Assembly: GCA_964016885.1 (NCBI GenBank) | Contig: OZ024740.1 | Span: forward strand, 164,238,001-164,302,000 | Reading direction: 5' to 3' | Length of the DNA stretch: 64,000 nt | Source: Eledone cirrhosa | Lineage: Eukaryota | In this document: positions 39,641 through 53,600 of the stretch, in pieces | Numbering within the stretch: position 1 is the stretch's first letter | How the letters are laid out: each line of letters begins with the position of its first letter | The notes under the pieces: model-generated | Database searches by the model: none | What the model was told of the DNA's origin: nothing | What the model saw: the letters and a program-made list of their open reading frames with translations, nothing else | Position numbers and translations under genes: made by a program

Positions 39641-41680
39641 AACGACCACCACCACGACCACGACCACCATTAACGCGACCACCACCACCACGACCAACAC
39701 CACGACCACCACCATCACCACCGCCACCACCACTACCACCACCACCACCGCTACCACCACCACCACCACCACGACCACGACGACGGCCACCACCACCACC
39801 ACGATGACCACGACCACGACCTCCACAACCACTACAACGACCACCACCACGACGACCACCACCACGACCAGCACCACCACAACTTCCATCACCTCCACCA
39901 CCATAACCATCACCACGATCACCACCACCACCATCACTACCACCACCAACACCACCACTACCACGACCACCACCACGACCACCATAACGACCATGACCAC
40001 GACCACCACGACCACCACCACGACCACCACCACGACCACCACCACGACAACCACCACCACCACGACCACGGCCACCACCACTACCACGACCACCACCACG
40101 ACCACCACCACGACAACCACCACCACCACGACCACCACCACCACCACTACCACGACCACCACCACTACCACCACGACGACGACCCCCACCACCACCACCA
40201 CCACCGCGACCACCACTACCACGACCACCACCACCACCACCACGACCACCACAACCACGACCAATACCACCACGACCACCACAACCACCACCACGACCAC
40301 CATGACCATCACCACGACCACCGCCACCAACACCACAGCCTCCACGACCACCACCACCACCACTACCACGACCACTACCACTACCACGACCACCACCACT
40401 ACCACGACCACTACCACTACCACGACCACCACCACCACCACTACCACGACCACTACCACTACCACGACCACCACCCCCACCACTACCACCCCCACCACGA
40501 CGACGACGACCACCACCACCACCACCACCACCACGACCACGACGACGACGACGACGACCACGAACACCACCACGACCACCATGACGACCACCACCACCAC
40601 CACTACCACCACCACCACGACGTCCACGACCACCATGACCACCACCACGACCACCACGACCCCCCCCGCGCCCCCCGACCACCACGACCACCACTACCAC
40701 CACCACTACAACCACCACGACCACCACCACCACCACGACCAGCACCACCACCGCCACCACTACCACCACGACCACCACGACCACCACCACCACGACCACC
40801 CCACCACACACACCCACCACCACCACACCCACCACCACCACCACCACGACCACCACCACCACCACCAGGACCACCACCACCACCACGACCACCACCACCA
40901 CCACCATCACGACGACGACGACCACCACCACCACGACGACGACGACCACCACCACCACGACGACCACCACTACCACCACCACGACCAGCACCACCACCGC
41001 CACCACTACCACCACCACTACAACCACCACTACCACCACCACCACCACGACGACGACCACCACCACCACGACGACCACCACTACCACCACCACGACCAGC
41101 ACCACCACCGCCACCACTACCACCACCACCACCACGACAACCACCACCACCACCACGACGACCACCACTACCACCACCACCACCACGACCAGCACCACCA
41201 CCGCCACCACTACCACCACGACCACCACGACCACCACGACCACCACGACCACCAGGACCACCACCACCACCACGACCACCACCACGACGACGACGACGAC
41301 GACGACGACCACCACCACCACCACGACCACCACCAGGACCACCACCACCACCACGACGACCACCACCACCACCAGGACCATCACCGCCACCACCACGACG
41401 ACGACCACCACGACCACCACCACCACCAGAACCACCACCATCAGCACGACCACCAGCACCACCAGCACCACCAGCACCACCACGACCACCACCACGACCA
41501 CCACCACCACGACCACCCCACCTTCACACCTACCACCACCACCACCACCACCACCACCACCACCACCACGACCAACACCACGACCACCACCACCACGACC
41601 CCACCACCACACCCACCACCACCACACCCACCACCACCACCACCACGACCACCACCACCACCACCACGACCACCACCACC
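39641..41680 (+). repeat. Degenerate (ACC/ACG)n trinucleotide array
   Basis: Direct reading; produces the poly-T/H/P and poly-V/G ORFs. Confidence 0.95.
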
Positions 41681-42599
41681 AATAACAACATTAGCAGCAG
41701 CAATAGCAGCAATAGCAGCAGCTGAAATTATGTGACATGGAACCGAAAAAGATTTAAGGTTTGTTTCTCAACATTTTAAAAGCCTCACCATATTTCATAG
41801 CTTTCTCCCTGTCTTATACATTCTTTCTTGCAATCACCTATTTCCATTTCATTTCACTAATTCCTTCTCCCTCCTGAATATTTCTCTCTTTACCACTCTC
41901 TTTTAAACACACACACACACAGACACACGCACACACACACATACACACACATGCACGCACACACACACACATACCCACAGAGACACACACAAAAACACAC
42001 AAACCGACGCACAGATACACACACAGACAGACACACAGACACACACGCACACACACACAGACGCACACACACAGAGGCACACACACACAAACACACAGAC
42101 ACACACAGACACACACACTGACACACACACACACACACACACACAATCATGCTAACTCTATTTTTCTTCCGCTCTCTCTAACCTCCCTCTTTCTCTCTCA
42201 CTCCTTCCCTCTAGTTTCCACTTACTCTTCCTCGTGCATGCTTTCTCCCTCCCTCTCTTTCTCTCTCTCTCACAAACGCATAAACACTAACTCGCTCTCT
42301 ATCCCGTTATTCCAATTTCCTTTTCTTATTCTTTGTTTGCCTCTCTTATCTTTTCGTCTTGCTCTCTCTCTCCCTCACTCACACTCTATTTCACTCAAAC
42401 TCTCTATCTCTGCAGAATCTTTCTTTCGAGCCTGCCTTTCAATTGGCCAGTCTCTCTCTTTCTCTCTCTGTTTCTTGCTCTCTCTCTCGCTGTCACTCTC
42501 ATTCTCCCTCTCTCACACTCTGTTTCTCTATCTTACGCTTTGACTCTGCCTTTTAAATTCCACAGTCTCTCTCTCAGTCTCTCTCTCTTTCTCAGTCGG

Positions 42600-42653
<54 letters not shown>

Positions 42654-42957
42654 TCGCGCTCTTGCCATCTTACTCTCACTAACTCTCCTTCTCTCTCCCT
42701 ACCACTTTTCTTCGCCGTTTTTCGATCTCTCTCATTTTTACACACAGACACTCTCCCTCACACATTTTCTCTTTCACTTACACTTTTTATTTCTTCTTCT
42801 CAATTTCTTTCTTATCTCCCCCAATTTCTCACATCCTCCTCCACATCCTCCTCCACAGTCTCCTCCACATTCACTATTTCTCGCTCTCTTTTTCCCTTGC
42901 CATTTTCCTTTTGACTTCTGTCTTTTTCTTTCTTATTCTCATCCTCACTTAATACTT

Positions 42958-43160
42958 GGCCGTGGATTGGCAATATCGGTAGAGCGTCGGACGAAATGTT
43001 TTGTGCTATCTAGTTACGATTTAATACGTTCTGTGTTCAAACCCCACCGAGGCCATCCTTTGCCTTTTATCTTTAAGAGATCGAGAAAATAAAGTACCAG
43101 TCAAGTACTGAATTTAATTTAACCAACTTACCCTTTCCTCCAAATTTGTTGGCCTGTGAC
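42958..43160 (+). mobile_element. SINE copy, diverged
   Basis: GTGGATTGGCAATATCGGTAGAGCGTCGGAC head and AAAATAAAGTACCAG core. Confidence 0.8.
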
Positions 43161-43459
43161 TAATTTCTCTCACTCTTTGCCTCCTTCCTATCTTCCTATA
43201 AACATCTTAGCCCCCCCCTCTTATTCTCTCGTACGCATCCGTCCTCTTTCTTTAATTGTTATTATCGTCACCTCCTTCTAATGTCTTTCTTCTTTATCAT
43301 ATGTATTTCATTGAAAACATTATATTGTACATATACTTTTTAGTGTGAGTGTGAGTGTGTACCTGTGAAACACATGCATGTACACCAGGTCCGAAACCCA
43401 AAGAAACCAAACTCCCACTGTCAGTGCATCCGTCTCTCCCGCTCTCCCCATCTTTCACT

Positions 43460-43710
43460 ATTATGAGAAAATGGGGGCTCACACGCTGGCCGCCCCATGG
43501 CCCCCGCGGACAGAATAAAGAAGGTGTTTCCTCGAAGGATGGTGAGGGAAACGCGCTGGATGAGCCATTCCAGCTCGCAAGGCTCATAGCTGCGGGTAGC
43601 CAACCCCGTGTCGATATTGGGGAATAGGGAGGTGGCCCTAAGGTCAAGGACACCAGAAGTCTTCAATGCTACGGGCTCGACCGCAAACCTGACGGAGAGC
43701 GAGTGATATA
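43460..43710 (-). mobile_element. 3' fragment of a CRE-like retrotransposon
   Basis: RFAVEPVALKTSGVLD...EPCELEWLIQRVSLTILRGNTFFILSAG. Confidence 0.75.
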
Positions 43711-44680
43711 TTTGTATATATTGTACTGTACGTTATAGTATTATTTGCACATCAATATTAACAAGTAGTTAACACCCAGTCCTATTTTTACTACAATATA
43801 CACAAAATGTTGTTGTATGTTTAAATGTGACGTGTACTGAATAACACCAACAGTCCGCAAAACTAGAACCGCCTGTCCTATTTTGCAACTCTCAGAGGCA
43901 ACATAACTTCCTTCTGCCACCGCTGATATATTATACAACAGTTACTCCTGTTATATTTAATTACATCTTCTTCATCTTCAATATTTACTTTCATTTATCC
44001 ACTGGAATTCTTTCTTTTTCTTTAACATATTTTATAGCCATTCTTCGTCCATTTTTTTTTATTCTCTTTCAATTCTCTTTCATTTCAATTTCATTTGTTT
44101 TATTGTTATCTATTTTTTAAAAGTGTTATAATTTCTTTGGTTTTTACATGTCTACCTAGCTCTTGTTTTTACTTGCATCATACTTCACTTTCTTTCCAAT
44201 TTCTTCCATTCTCATTCACTTCTTCATAAGCTTTCACTTTCTCATGTTTTTTCCTTAATCCTCACCCTCCCCTTCTTTCGATCCATACACCCTCTCTTTC
44301 TCCATCTTTCAATTTCTATATCCACTCGCCTATTCTTACTTTCTCTCACCGTCTGACTCCATCTTTTTCCTCCCCCTCACATCCACTCAACATGTTTGAA
44401 GTAATTTCCGAATTCGAAGTCATTTCCTCTCATTATTTTCTCTCTTTTATACTTGAATTCTAAAGTTTTCTTTCTATAATTTTGACAAATTGTTAACTTT
44501 TGACAAGTTTCCGTCTAATTCGTTGGCCAAAAACAAATTACAATACCTTTGGTCTCAGTTAACCCCAGACAGTACTCTTCAATCTCACCTAAACAATCTC
44601 TCTTTCACATGAGTTTTTTAGGAATATTTTCCTTTAAAAAAATGTAAACTTAGCCTTTCCGTAGTTTCTCATTTCAAAAT

Positions 44681-47600
44681 TTGCTATTGCTGTTATTGCT
44701 GTTATTGCTGTTGTTGCTGTTGTGCTGTTGTCACTGTTATTACTGTTATTGCTGTGGTTGCTGTTGTTGCTATTGTGCTGTTGTTGCTGTTGTTGCTGTT
44801 GTTGCTGTTGTTGCTGTTATTGCTGTTATTGCTGTTGTTGCTGTTGTTGCTGTTGTTGCTGTTGTTGCTGTTATTGCTGTTATTGCTGTGTTTGCTGTTG
44901 TTCCTGTTGTTGCTGTTGTTGCTGTTATTGCTGTTGTTGCTGTTGTTGTCACTGTTATTACTGTTATTACTGTTGTTGCTGTTGTTGCTGTTGTTGCTGT
45001 TGTTGCTGTTATTGCTGTTGTTGCTGTTGTTGTCACTGTTATTACTGTTATTGCTGTGGTTGCTGTTGTTCCTGTTGTTGCTGTTGTTGCTGTTATTGCT
45101 GTTGTTGCTGTTGTTGTCACTGTTATTACTGTTATTACTGTTCTTGCTGTTGTTGCTGTTGTTGCTGTTGTTGCTGTTATTGCTGTTGTTGCTGTTGTTG
45201 TTGCTGTTGTTGCTGTTGTTGCTGTTGTTGCTGTTGTTGTCACTGTTATTGCTGTTGTTGCTGTTGTTGCTGTTGTTGCTGTTATTACTGTTATTGCTGT
45301 TGTTGCTGTTGTTGTCACTGTTGTTGCTGTTGCTGTTGTTGCTGTTGTTGCTGTTGTTGCTGTTGTTGCTGTTGTTGCTGTTGTTGCTGTTGTTGTCACT
45401 GTTGTTGCTGTTGTTGCTGTTGTTGCTGTTGTTGCTGTTGTTGCTGTTGTTGCTGTTGTTGTCACTGTTGTTGCTGTTGTTGCTGTTGTTGCTGCTGTTG
45501 CTGTTGTTGCTGTTGTTGTCACTGTTGTTGCTGTTGTCACTGTTGTTGCTGTTGTTGCTGTTGTTGCTGTTGTTGCTGTTGTTGCTGTTGTTGCTTTTAT
45601 TGTCACTGTTATTGCTGTTATTGCTGTGGTTGCTGTTGTTGCTGTTGTTGCTGTTGTTGCTGTTGTTGCTGTTGTTGTCACTGCTATTGCTGTTATTGCT
45701 GTGGTTGCTGTTGTTGCTGTTGTTGCTTTTGTTGTCACTGTTGTTGCTGTTGTTGTCACTGTTGTTGCTGTTGTTACTGTTGTTGCTGTTGTTGCTGTTG
45801 TTGCTCTTGTTGTCACTGTTGTTACTGTTGTTGCTGTTGTTGCTGTTTTTGCGTTGTTGTCACTGTTGTTGCTGTTGTTGCTGTTGTTGCTGTTGTTGCT
45901 GTTGTTGCTGTTGTTGTCACTGTTGTTGCTGTTGTTGCTGTTATTGCTGTTGTTTCTGTTATTGCTGTTGTTGATGTTGTTGCTGTTGTTGTTGTTGTTG
46001 TCAATGTTGTTGCTGTTGTTGCTGTTGTTGCTGTTGTTGCTGTTGTTGCTGTTGTTGTCAATGTTGTTGCTGTTATTGCTGCTGTTGCTGATGTTGCTGT
46101 TGTTGCTGTTGTTGCTGTTGTTGTCAATGTTGTTGCTGTTATTGCTGCTGTTGCTGATGTTGCTGTTTTTGCTGTGGTTGCTGTTGTTGCTGTTGTTCCT
46201 GTTGTTGCTGTTGTTGCTGTTGTTGCTGTTGTTGCTGTTGTTGTCACTGTTGTTGCTGTTGTTGCTTTTGTTGCTGTTGTTGTCACTGTTATTGCTGTTA
46301 TTGCTGTTGTTGCTGATGTTGCTGTTGTTGCTGTTGTTGTCACTGTTATTGCTGTTGTTGCTGTTGTTGCTGTTGTTGTCACTGTTGTTGCTGTTGTCAC
46401 TATTATTGCTGTTATTGCTGCGGTTGCTGTTGTTTTAACTGTTATTGCTGTTATTGCTGTTGTTGCTGTTGTTGCTGTTGTTGCTGTTGTTGCTGTTTTT
46501 GCTGTTGTTGTCACTGTTGTTGCTGTTGTTGCTGTTGTTGCTGTTGTTGCTGTTGTTGCTGTTGTTGTTGCTGTTGTTGCTGTTGTGCTGTTGTTGTCAC
46601 TGTTGTTGCTGTTGTTGCTGTTGTTGCTGTTGTTGCTCTTGTTGCTGTTGTTGCTGTTGTTATCACTGTTATTGCTGTTGTTGCTGTTGTCGTAACTGTT
46701 GTTGCTGCTGTTGCTGTTGTTGCTGTTGCTGCTGTCGTTGCTGTTGTTGCTGTTGTTGCTGTTGTTGCTGTTGTTACTGTTGTTGTCACTGTCGTTGCTG
46801 TTGTTGCTGTTGGTGCTGTTGTTGCTGTTGTTGCTGTTGTTGTCACTGTTGTTGCTGTTATTGCTGTGGTTGCTGTTGTTGCTGTTGTCACTGTTGTTGC
46901 TGTTGTTGTCACTGATGTTGCTGTTGTTGCTGTTGTTGCTGTTGTCGCTGTTGTTGCCGTTGTTGCTGTTGTTGCTGTTGTTGCTGTTGTTGCTGTTGTT
47001 GTTGCTGTTGTTGCTGTTGTTGCTGTTGTTGCTGTTGTTGCTGTTGTTGCTGTTGTTGCTGTTGTTGCTATTGTTGCTGTTGTTGCTGTTTTTGCTGTTG
47101 TTGTCACTGTTGTTGCTGTTGTTGCTGTTGTTGCTGTTGTTGCTGTTGTTGCTGTTGTTGTCACTGTTGTTGCTGTTGTTGCTGTTGTTGCTGTTGTTGC
47201 TGTTGTTGCTGTTGTTGCTGTTGTTGCTGTTGTTGTCACTGTTGTTGCTGTTGTTGCTGTTGTCGTAACTGTTGTTGCTGTTGTTGCTGTTGCTGCTGTC
47301 GTTGCTGTTGTTGCTGTTGTTGCTGTTGTTGCTGTTGTTGCTGCTGTTGCTGTTGTTGCTGTTGTTGTCACTGTTGTTGCTGTTGTCACTGTTGTTGCTG
47401 TTGTTGCTGTTGTTGCTGTTGTTGCTGTTGTTGCTGTTGTTGCTGTTATTGTCACTGTTATTGCTGTTATTGCTGTGGTTGCTGTTGTTGCTGTTGTTGC
47501 TGTTGTTGCTGTTGTTGCTGTTGTTGCTGTTGTTGTCACTGCTATTGCTGTTATTGCTGTGGTTGCTGTTGTTGCTGTTGTTGCTTTTGTTGTCACTGTT

Positions 47601-50600
47601 GTTGCTGTTGTTGTCACTGTTGTTGCTGTTGTTACTGTTGTTGCTGTTGTTGCTGTTGTTGCTCTTGTTGTCACTGTTGTTGCTGTTGTTGCTGTTGTTG
47701 CTGTTGTTGCTGTTGTTGTCACTGTTGTTGCTGTTGTTGCTGTTATTCCTGTTGTTGCTGTTATTGCTGTTGTTGATGTTGTTGCTGTTGTTGTTGTTGT
47801 TGTCAATGTTGTTGCTGTTGTTGCTGTTGTTGCTGTTGTTGCTGTTGTTGCTGTTGTTGTCAATGTTGTTGCTGTTATTGCTGCTGTTGCTGATGTTGCT
47901 GTTGTTGCTGTTGTTGCTGTTGTTGTCAATGTTGTTGCTGTTATTGCTGCTGTTGCTGATGTTGCTGTTTTTGCTGTGGTTGCTGTTGTTGCTGTTGTTC
48001 CTGTTGTTGCTGTTGTTGCTGTTGTTGCTGTTGTTGCTGTTGTTGTCACTTTTGTTGCTGTTGTTGCTTTTGTTGCTGTTGTTGTCACTGTTATTGCTGT
48101 TATTGCTGTTGTTGCTGATGTTGCTGTTGTTGCTGTTGTTGTCATTGTTATTGCTGTTGTTGCTGTTGTTGCTGTTGTTGCTGTTATTGCTGTTATTGCT
48201 GTTGTCACTATTATTGCTGTTATTGCTGCGGTTGCTGTTGTTGTCACTGTTATTGCTGTTATTGCTGTTGTTGCTGTTGTTGCTGTTGTTGCTGTTGTTG
48301 CTGTTTTTGCTGTTGTTGTCACTGTTGTTGCTGTTGTTGCTGTTGTTGCTGTTGTTGCTGTTGTTGCTGTTGTTGTTGCTGTTGTTGCTGTTGTGCTGTT
48401 GTTGTCACTGTTGTTGCTGTTGTTGCTGTTGTTGCTGTTGTTGCTCTTGTTGCTGTTGTTGCTGTTGTTGTCACTGTTATTGCTGTTGTTGCTGTTGTCG
48501 TAACTGTTGTTGCTGCTGTTGCTGTTGTTGCTGTTGCTGCTGTCGTTGCTGTTGTTGCTGTTGCTGCTGTTGTTGCTGTTGTTGTCACTGTCGTTGCTGT
48601 TGTTGCTGTTGTTGCTGTTGTTGCTGTTGTTGCTGTTGTTGTCACTGTTGTTGCTGTTATTGCTGTGGTTGCTGTTGTTGCTGTTGTCACTGTTGTTGCT
48701 GTTGTTGTCACTGCTATTGCTGTTGTTGCTGTTGTTGCTGTTGTCGCTGTTGTTGCCGTTGTTGCTGTTGTTGCTGTTGTTGCTGTTGTTGCTGTTGTTG
48801 TTGCTGTTGTTGCTGTTGTTGCTGTTGTTGCTGTTGTTGCTGTTGTTGCTGTTGTTGCTATTGTTGCTGTTGTTGCTGTTTTTGCTGTTGTTGTCACTGT
48901 TGTTGCTGTTGTTGCTGTTGTTGCTGTTGTTGCTGTTGTTGCTGTTGTTGTCACTGTTGTTGCTGTTGTTGCTGTTGTTGCTGTTGTTGCTGTTGTTGCT
49001 GTTGTTGCTGTTGTTGTCACTGTTATTGCTGTTGTTGCTGTTGTCGTAACTGTTGTTGCTGTTGTTGATGTTGTTGCTGTTGCTGCTGTCGTTGCTGTTG
49101 TTGCTGTTGTTGCTGTTGTTGCTGTTGTTGCTGTTGTTGCTGTTGTTGTCACTGTCGTTGCTGTTGTTGCTGTTGTTGCTGTTGTTGCTGTTAGTTGCTG
49201 TTGTTGCTGTTGTTGTCACTGTTGTTGCTGTTATTGCTGTGGTTGCTCTTATTGCTGCTGTCACTGTTGTTGCTGTTGTTGTCACTGATGTTGCTGTTGT
49301 TGCTGTTGTTGCTGTTGTCGCTGTTGTTGCCGTTGTTGCTGTTGTTGCTGTTGTTGCTGTTGTAGTTGCTGTTGTTGCTGTTGTTGCTGTTGTTGCTGTT
49401 GTTGCTGATATTGCTGTGGTTGCTGTTTTTGCTGTTGTTGTCACTGTTGTTGCTGTTGTTGCTGTTGTTGCTGTTGTGCTGTTGTTGATGTTGTTGCTGT
49501 TTTTGCTGTTGTTGTCACTGTTGTTGCTGGTGTTGCTGTTGTTGCTGTTGTTACTGTTGTTGCTGTTGTTGCTGTTGTTGTCGCTGTTATTCCTGTGCTT
49601 GCTGTTGTTGCTGTTGTTGCTGTTGTTGCTGTTGTTGTCACTGTTATTGCTGTTGTTGCTGTTGTTGCTGTTGTTGCTGTTGTTGCTGTTGTTGCTGTTG
49701 TTGTCACTGTTGTTGTTGTTGTTGCTGTTGTTGCTGTTGTTGTTGCTGTTGTTGCTGTTGTTGCTGTTGTTGTTGCTGTTGTTGCTGTTGTTGCTGTTGT
49801 TGCTGTTGTTGTCACTATTATTCCTGTTATTGCTGCGGTTGCTGGTGTTGCTGTTGTTGTCACGGCTATTGCTGTTGTTGCTGTTGTTGCTGTTGTTGTC
49901 ACTGCTATTGCTGTTGTTGCTGTTGTTGCTGTTGTTGCTGTCGCTGTCACTGTTGTTGCTGTTGTTGCTGCTGTTGCTGTTGTTGCTGTTGTTGTCACTG
50001 TTGTTGCTGTTGTTGCTGTTGTTGCTGTTGTTGTCACTGTTAATGCTGTTGTTGCTGTTGTTACTGTTGTCACTATTATTGCTGTTATTGCTGCGGTTGC
50101 TCTTGTTGCTGTTGTTGTCACTGCTATTGCTGTTGTTGCTGTTGTTGTAACTGTTGTTGCTGTTGTTGCTGTTGTTGCTGTTTTTGCTGTTGTTGCTGTC
50201 GTTGCTGTTGTTGTCACTGTTGTTGCTGTTGTTGCTGTTGTTGTCACTGTTGTTGCTGTTGTTGCTGTGTTGCTGTTGTTGCTGTTGTTGTCACTGTTGT
50301 TGCTGTTGTTGCTGTTGTTGCTGTTGTTGCTGTTGTTGTCACTATTATTGCTGTTATTGCTGCGGTTGCTGTTGTTTTAACTGTTATTGCTGTTATTGCT
50401 GTTGTTGCTGTTGTTGCTGTTGTTGCTGTTGTTGCTGTTTTTGCTGTTGTTGTCACTGTTGTTGCTGTTGTTGCTGTTGTTGCTGTTGTTGCTGTTGTTG
50501 CTGTTGTTGTTGCTGTTGTTGCTGTTGTGCTGTTGTTGTCACTGTTGTTGCTGTTGTTGCTGTTGTTGCTGTTGTTGCTCTTGTTGCTGTTGTTGCTGTT

Positions 50601-53600
50601 GTTATCACTGTTATTGCTGTTGTTGCTGTTGTCGTAACTGTTGTTGCTGCTGTTGCTGTTGTTGCTGTTGCTGCTGTCGTTGCTGTTGTTGCTGTTGTTG
50701 CTGTTGTTGCTGTTGTTACTGTTGTTGTCACTGTCGTTGCTGTTGTTGCTGTTGTTGCTGTTGTTGCTGTTGTTGCTGTTGTTGTCACTGTTGTTGCTGT
50801 TATTGCTGTGGTTGCTGTTGTTGCTGTTGTCACTGTTGTTGCTGTTGTTGTCACTGATGTTGCTGTTGTTGCTGTTGTTGCTGTTGTCGCTGTTGTTGCC
50901 GTTGTTGCTGTTGTTGCTGTTGTTGCTGTTGTTGCTGTTGTTGTTGCTGTTGTTGCTGTTGTTGCTGTTGTTGCTGTTGTTGCTGTTGTTGCTGTTGTTG
51001 CTATTGTTGCTGTTGTTGCTGTTTTTGCTGTTGTTGTCACTGTTGTTGCTGTTGTTGCTGTTGTTGCTGTTGTTGCTGTTGTTGCTGTTGTTGTCACTGT
51101 TGTTGCTGTTGTTGCTGTTGTTGCTGTTGTTGCTGTTGTTGCTGTTGTTGCTGTTGTTGTCACTGTTGTTGCTGTTGTTGCTGTTGTCGTAACTGTTGTT
51201 GCTGTTGTTGCTGTTGTTGCTGTTGCTGCTGTCGTTGCTGTTGTTGCTGTTGTTGCTGTTGTTGCTGTTGTTGCTGCTGTTGCTGTTGTTGCTGTTGTTG
51301 TCACTGTTGTTGCTGTTGTCACTGTTGTTGCTGTTGTTGCTGTTGTTGCTGTTGTTGCTGTTGTTGCTGTTGTTGCTGTTATTGTCACTGTTATTGCTGT
51401 TATTGCTGTGGTTGCTGTTGTTGCTGTTGTTGCTGTTGTTGCTGTTGTTGCTGTTGTTGCTGTTGTTGTCACTGCTATTGCTGTTATTGCTGTGGTTGCT
51501 GTTGTTGCTGTTGTTGCTTTTGTTGTCACTGTTGTTGCTGTTGTTGTCACTGTTGTTGCTGTTGTTACTGTTGTTGCTGTTGTTGCTGTTGTTGCTCTTG
51601 TTGTCACTGTTGTTGCTGTTGTTGCTGTTGTTGTCACTGTTGTTGCTGTTGTTGCTGTTATTCCTGTTGTTGCTGTTATTGCTGTTGTTGATGTTGTTGC
51701 TGTTGTTGTTGTTGTTGTCAATGTTGTTGCTGTTGTTGCTGTTGTTGCTGTTGTTGCTGTTGTTGCTGTTGTTGCTGTTGTTGTCAATGTTGTTGCTGTT
51801 ATTGCTGCTGTTGCTGATGTTGCTGTTGTTGCTGTTGTTGCTGTTGTTGTCAATGTTGTTGCTGTTATTGCTGCTGTTGCTGATGTTGCTGTTTTTGCTG
51901 TGGTTGCTGTTGTTGCTGTTGTTCCTGTTGTTGCTGTTGTTGCTGTTGTTGCTGTTGTTGCTGTTGTTGCCACTTTTGTTGCTGTTGTTGCTTTTGTTGC
52001 TGTTGTTGTCACTGTTATTGCTGCTATTGCTGTTGTTGCTGATGTTGCTGTTGTTGCTGTTGTTGTCATTGTTATTGCTGTTGTTGCTGTTGTTGCTGTT
52101 GTTGCTGTTATTGCTGTTATTGCTGTTGTCACTATTATTGCTGTTATTGCTGCGGTTGCTGTTGTTGTCACTGTTATTGCTGTTATTGCTGTTGTTGCTG
52201 TTGTTGCTGTTGTTGCTGTTGTTGCTGTTTTTGCTGCTGTTGTCACTGTTGTTGCTGTTGTTGCTGTTGTTGCTGTTGTTGCTGTTGTTGCTGTTGTTGT
52301 TGCTGTTGTTGCTGTTGTGCTGTTGTTGTCACTGTTGTTGCTGTTGTTGCTGTTGTTGCTGTTGTTGCTCTTGTTGCTGTTGTTGCTGTTGTTGTCACTG
52401 TTATTGCTGTTGTTGCTGTTGTCGTAACTGTTGTTGCTGCTGTTGCTGTTGTTGCTGTTGCTGCTGTCGTTGCTGTTGTTGCTGTTGCTGCTGTTGTTGC
52501 TGTTGTTGTCACTGTCGTTGCTGTTGTTGCTGTTGTTGCTGTTGTTGCTGTTGTTGCTGTTGTTGTCACTGTTGTTGCTGTTATTGCTGTGGTTGCTGTT
52601 GTTGCTGTTGTCACTGTTGTTGCTGTTGTTGTCACTGATGTTGCTGTTGTTGCTGTTGTTGCTGTTGTCGCTGTTGTTGCCGTTGTTGCTGTTGTTGCTG
52701 TTGTTGCTGTTGTTGCTGTTGTTGTTGCTGTTGTTGCTGTTGTTGCTGTTGTTGCTGTTGTTGCTGTTGTTGCTGTTGTTGCTATTGTTGCTGTTGTTGC
52801 TGTTTTTGCTGTTGTTGTCACTGTTGTTGCTGTTGTTGCTGTTGTTGCTGTTGTTGCTGTTGTTGCTGTTGTTGTCACTGTTGTTGCTGTTGTTGCTGTT
52901 GTTGCTGTTGTTGCTGTTGTTGCTGTTGTTGCTGTTGTTGTCACTGTTATTGCTGTTGTTGCTGTTGTCGTAACTGTTGTTGCTGTTGTTGATGTTGTTG
53001 CTGTTGCTGCTGTCGTTGCTGTTGTTGCTGTTGTTGCTGTTGTTGCTGTTGTTGCTGTTGTTGCTGTTGTTGTCACTGTCGTTGCTGTTGTTGCTGTTGT
53101 TGCTGTTGTTGCTGTTAGTTGCTGTTGTTGCTGTTGTTGTCACTGTTGTTGCTGTTATTGCTGTGGTTGCTCTTATTGCTGCTGTCACTGTTGTTGCTGT
53201 TGTTGTCACTGATGTTGCTGTTGTTGCTGTTGTTGCTGTTGTCGCTGTTGTTGCCGTTGTTGCTGTTGTTGCTGTTGTTGCTGTTGTAGTTGCTGTTGTT
53301 GCTGTTGTTGCTGTTGTTGCTGTTGTTGCTGATATTGCTGTGGTTGCTGTTTTTGCTGTTGTTGTCACTGTTGTTGCTGTTGTTGCTGTTGTTGCTGTTG
53401 TGCTGTTGTTGATGTTGTTGCTGTTTTTGCTGTTGTTGTCACTGTTGTTGCTGGTGTTGCTGTTGTTGCTGTTGTTACTGTTGTTGCTGTTGTTGCTGTT
53501 GTTGTCGCTGTTATTCCTGTGGTTGCTGTTGTTGCTGTTGTTGCTGTTGTTGCTGTTGTTGTCACTGTTATTGCTGTTGTTGCTGTTGTTGCTGTTGTTG

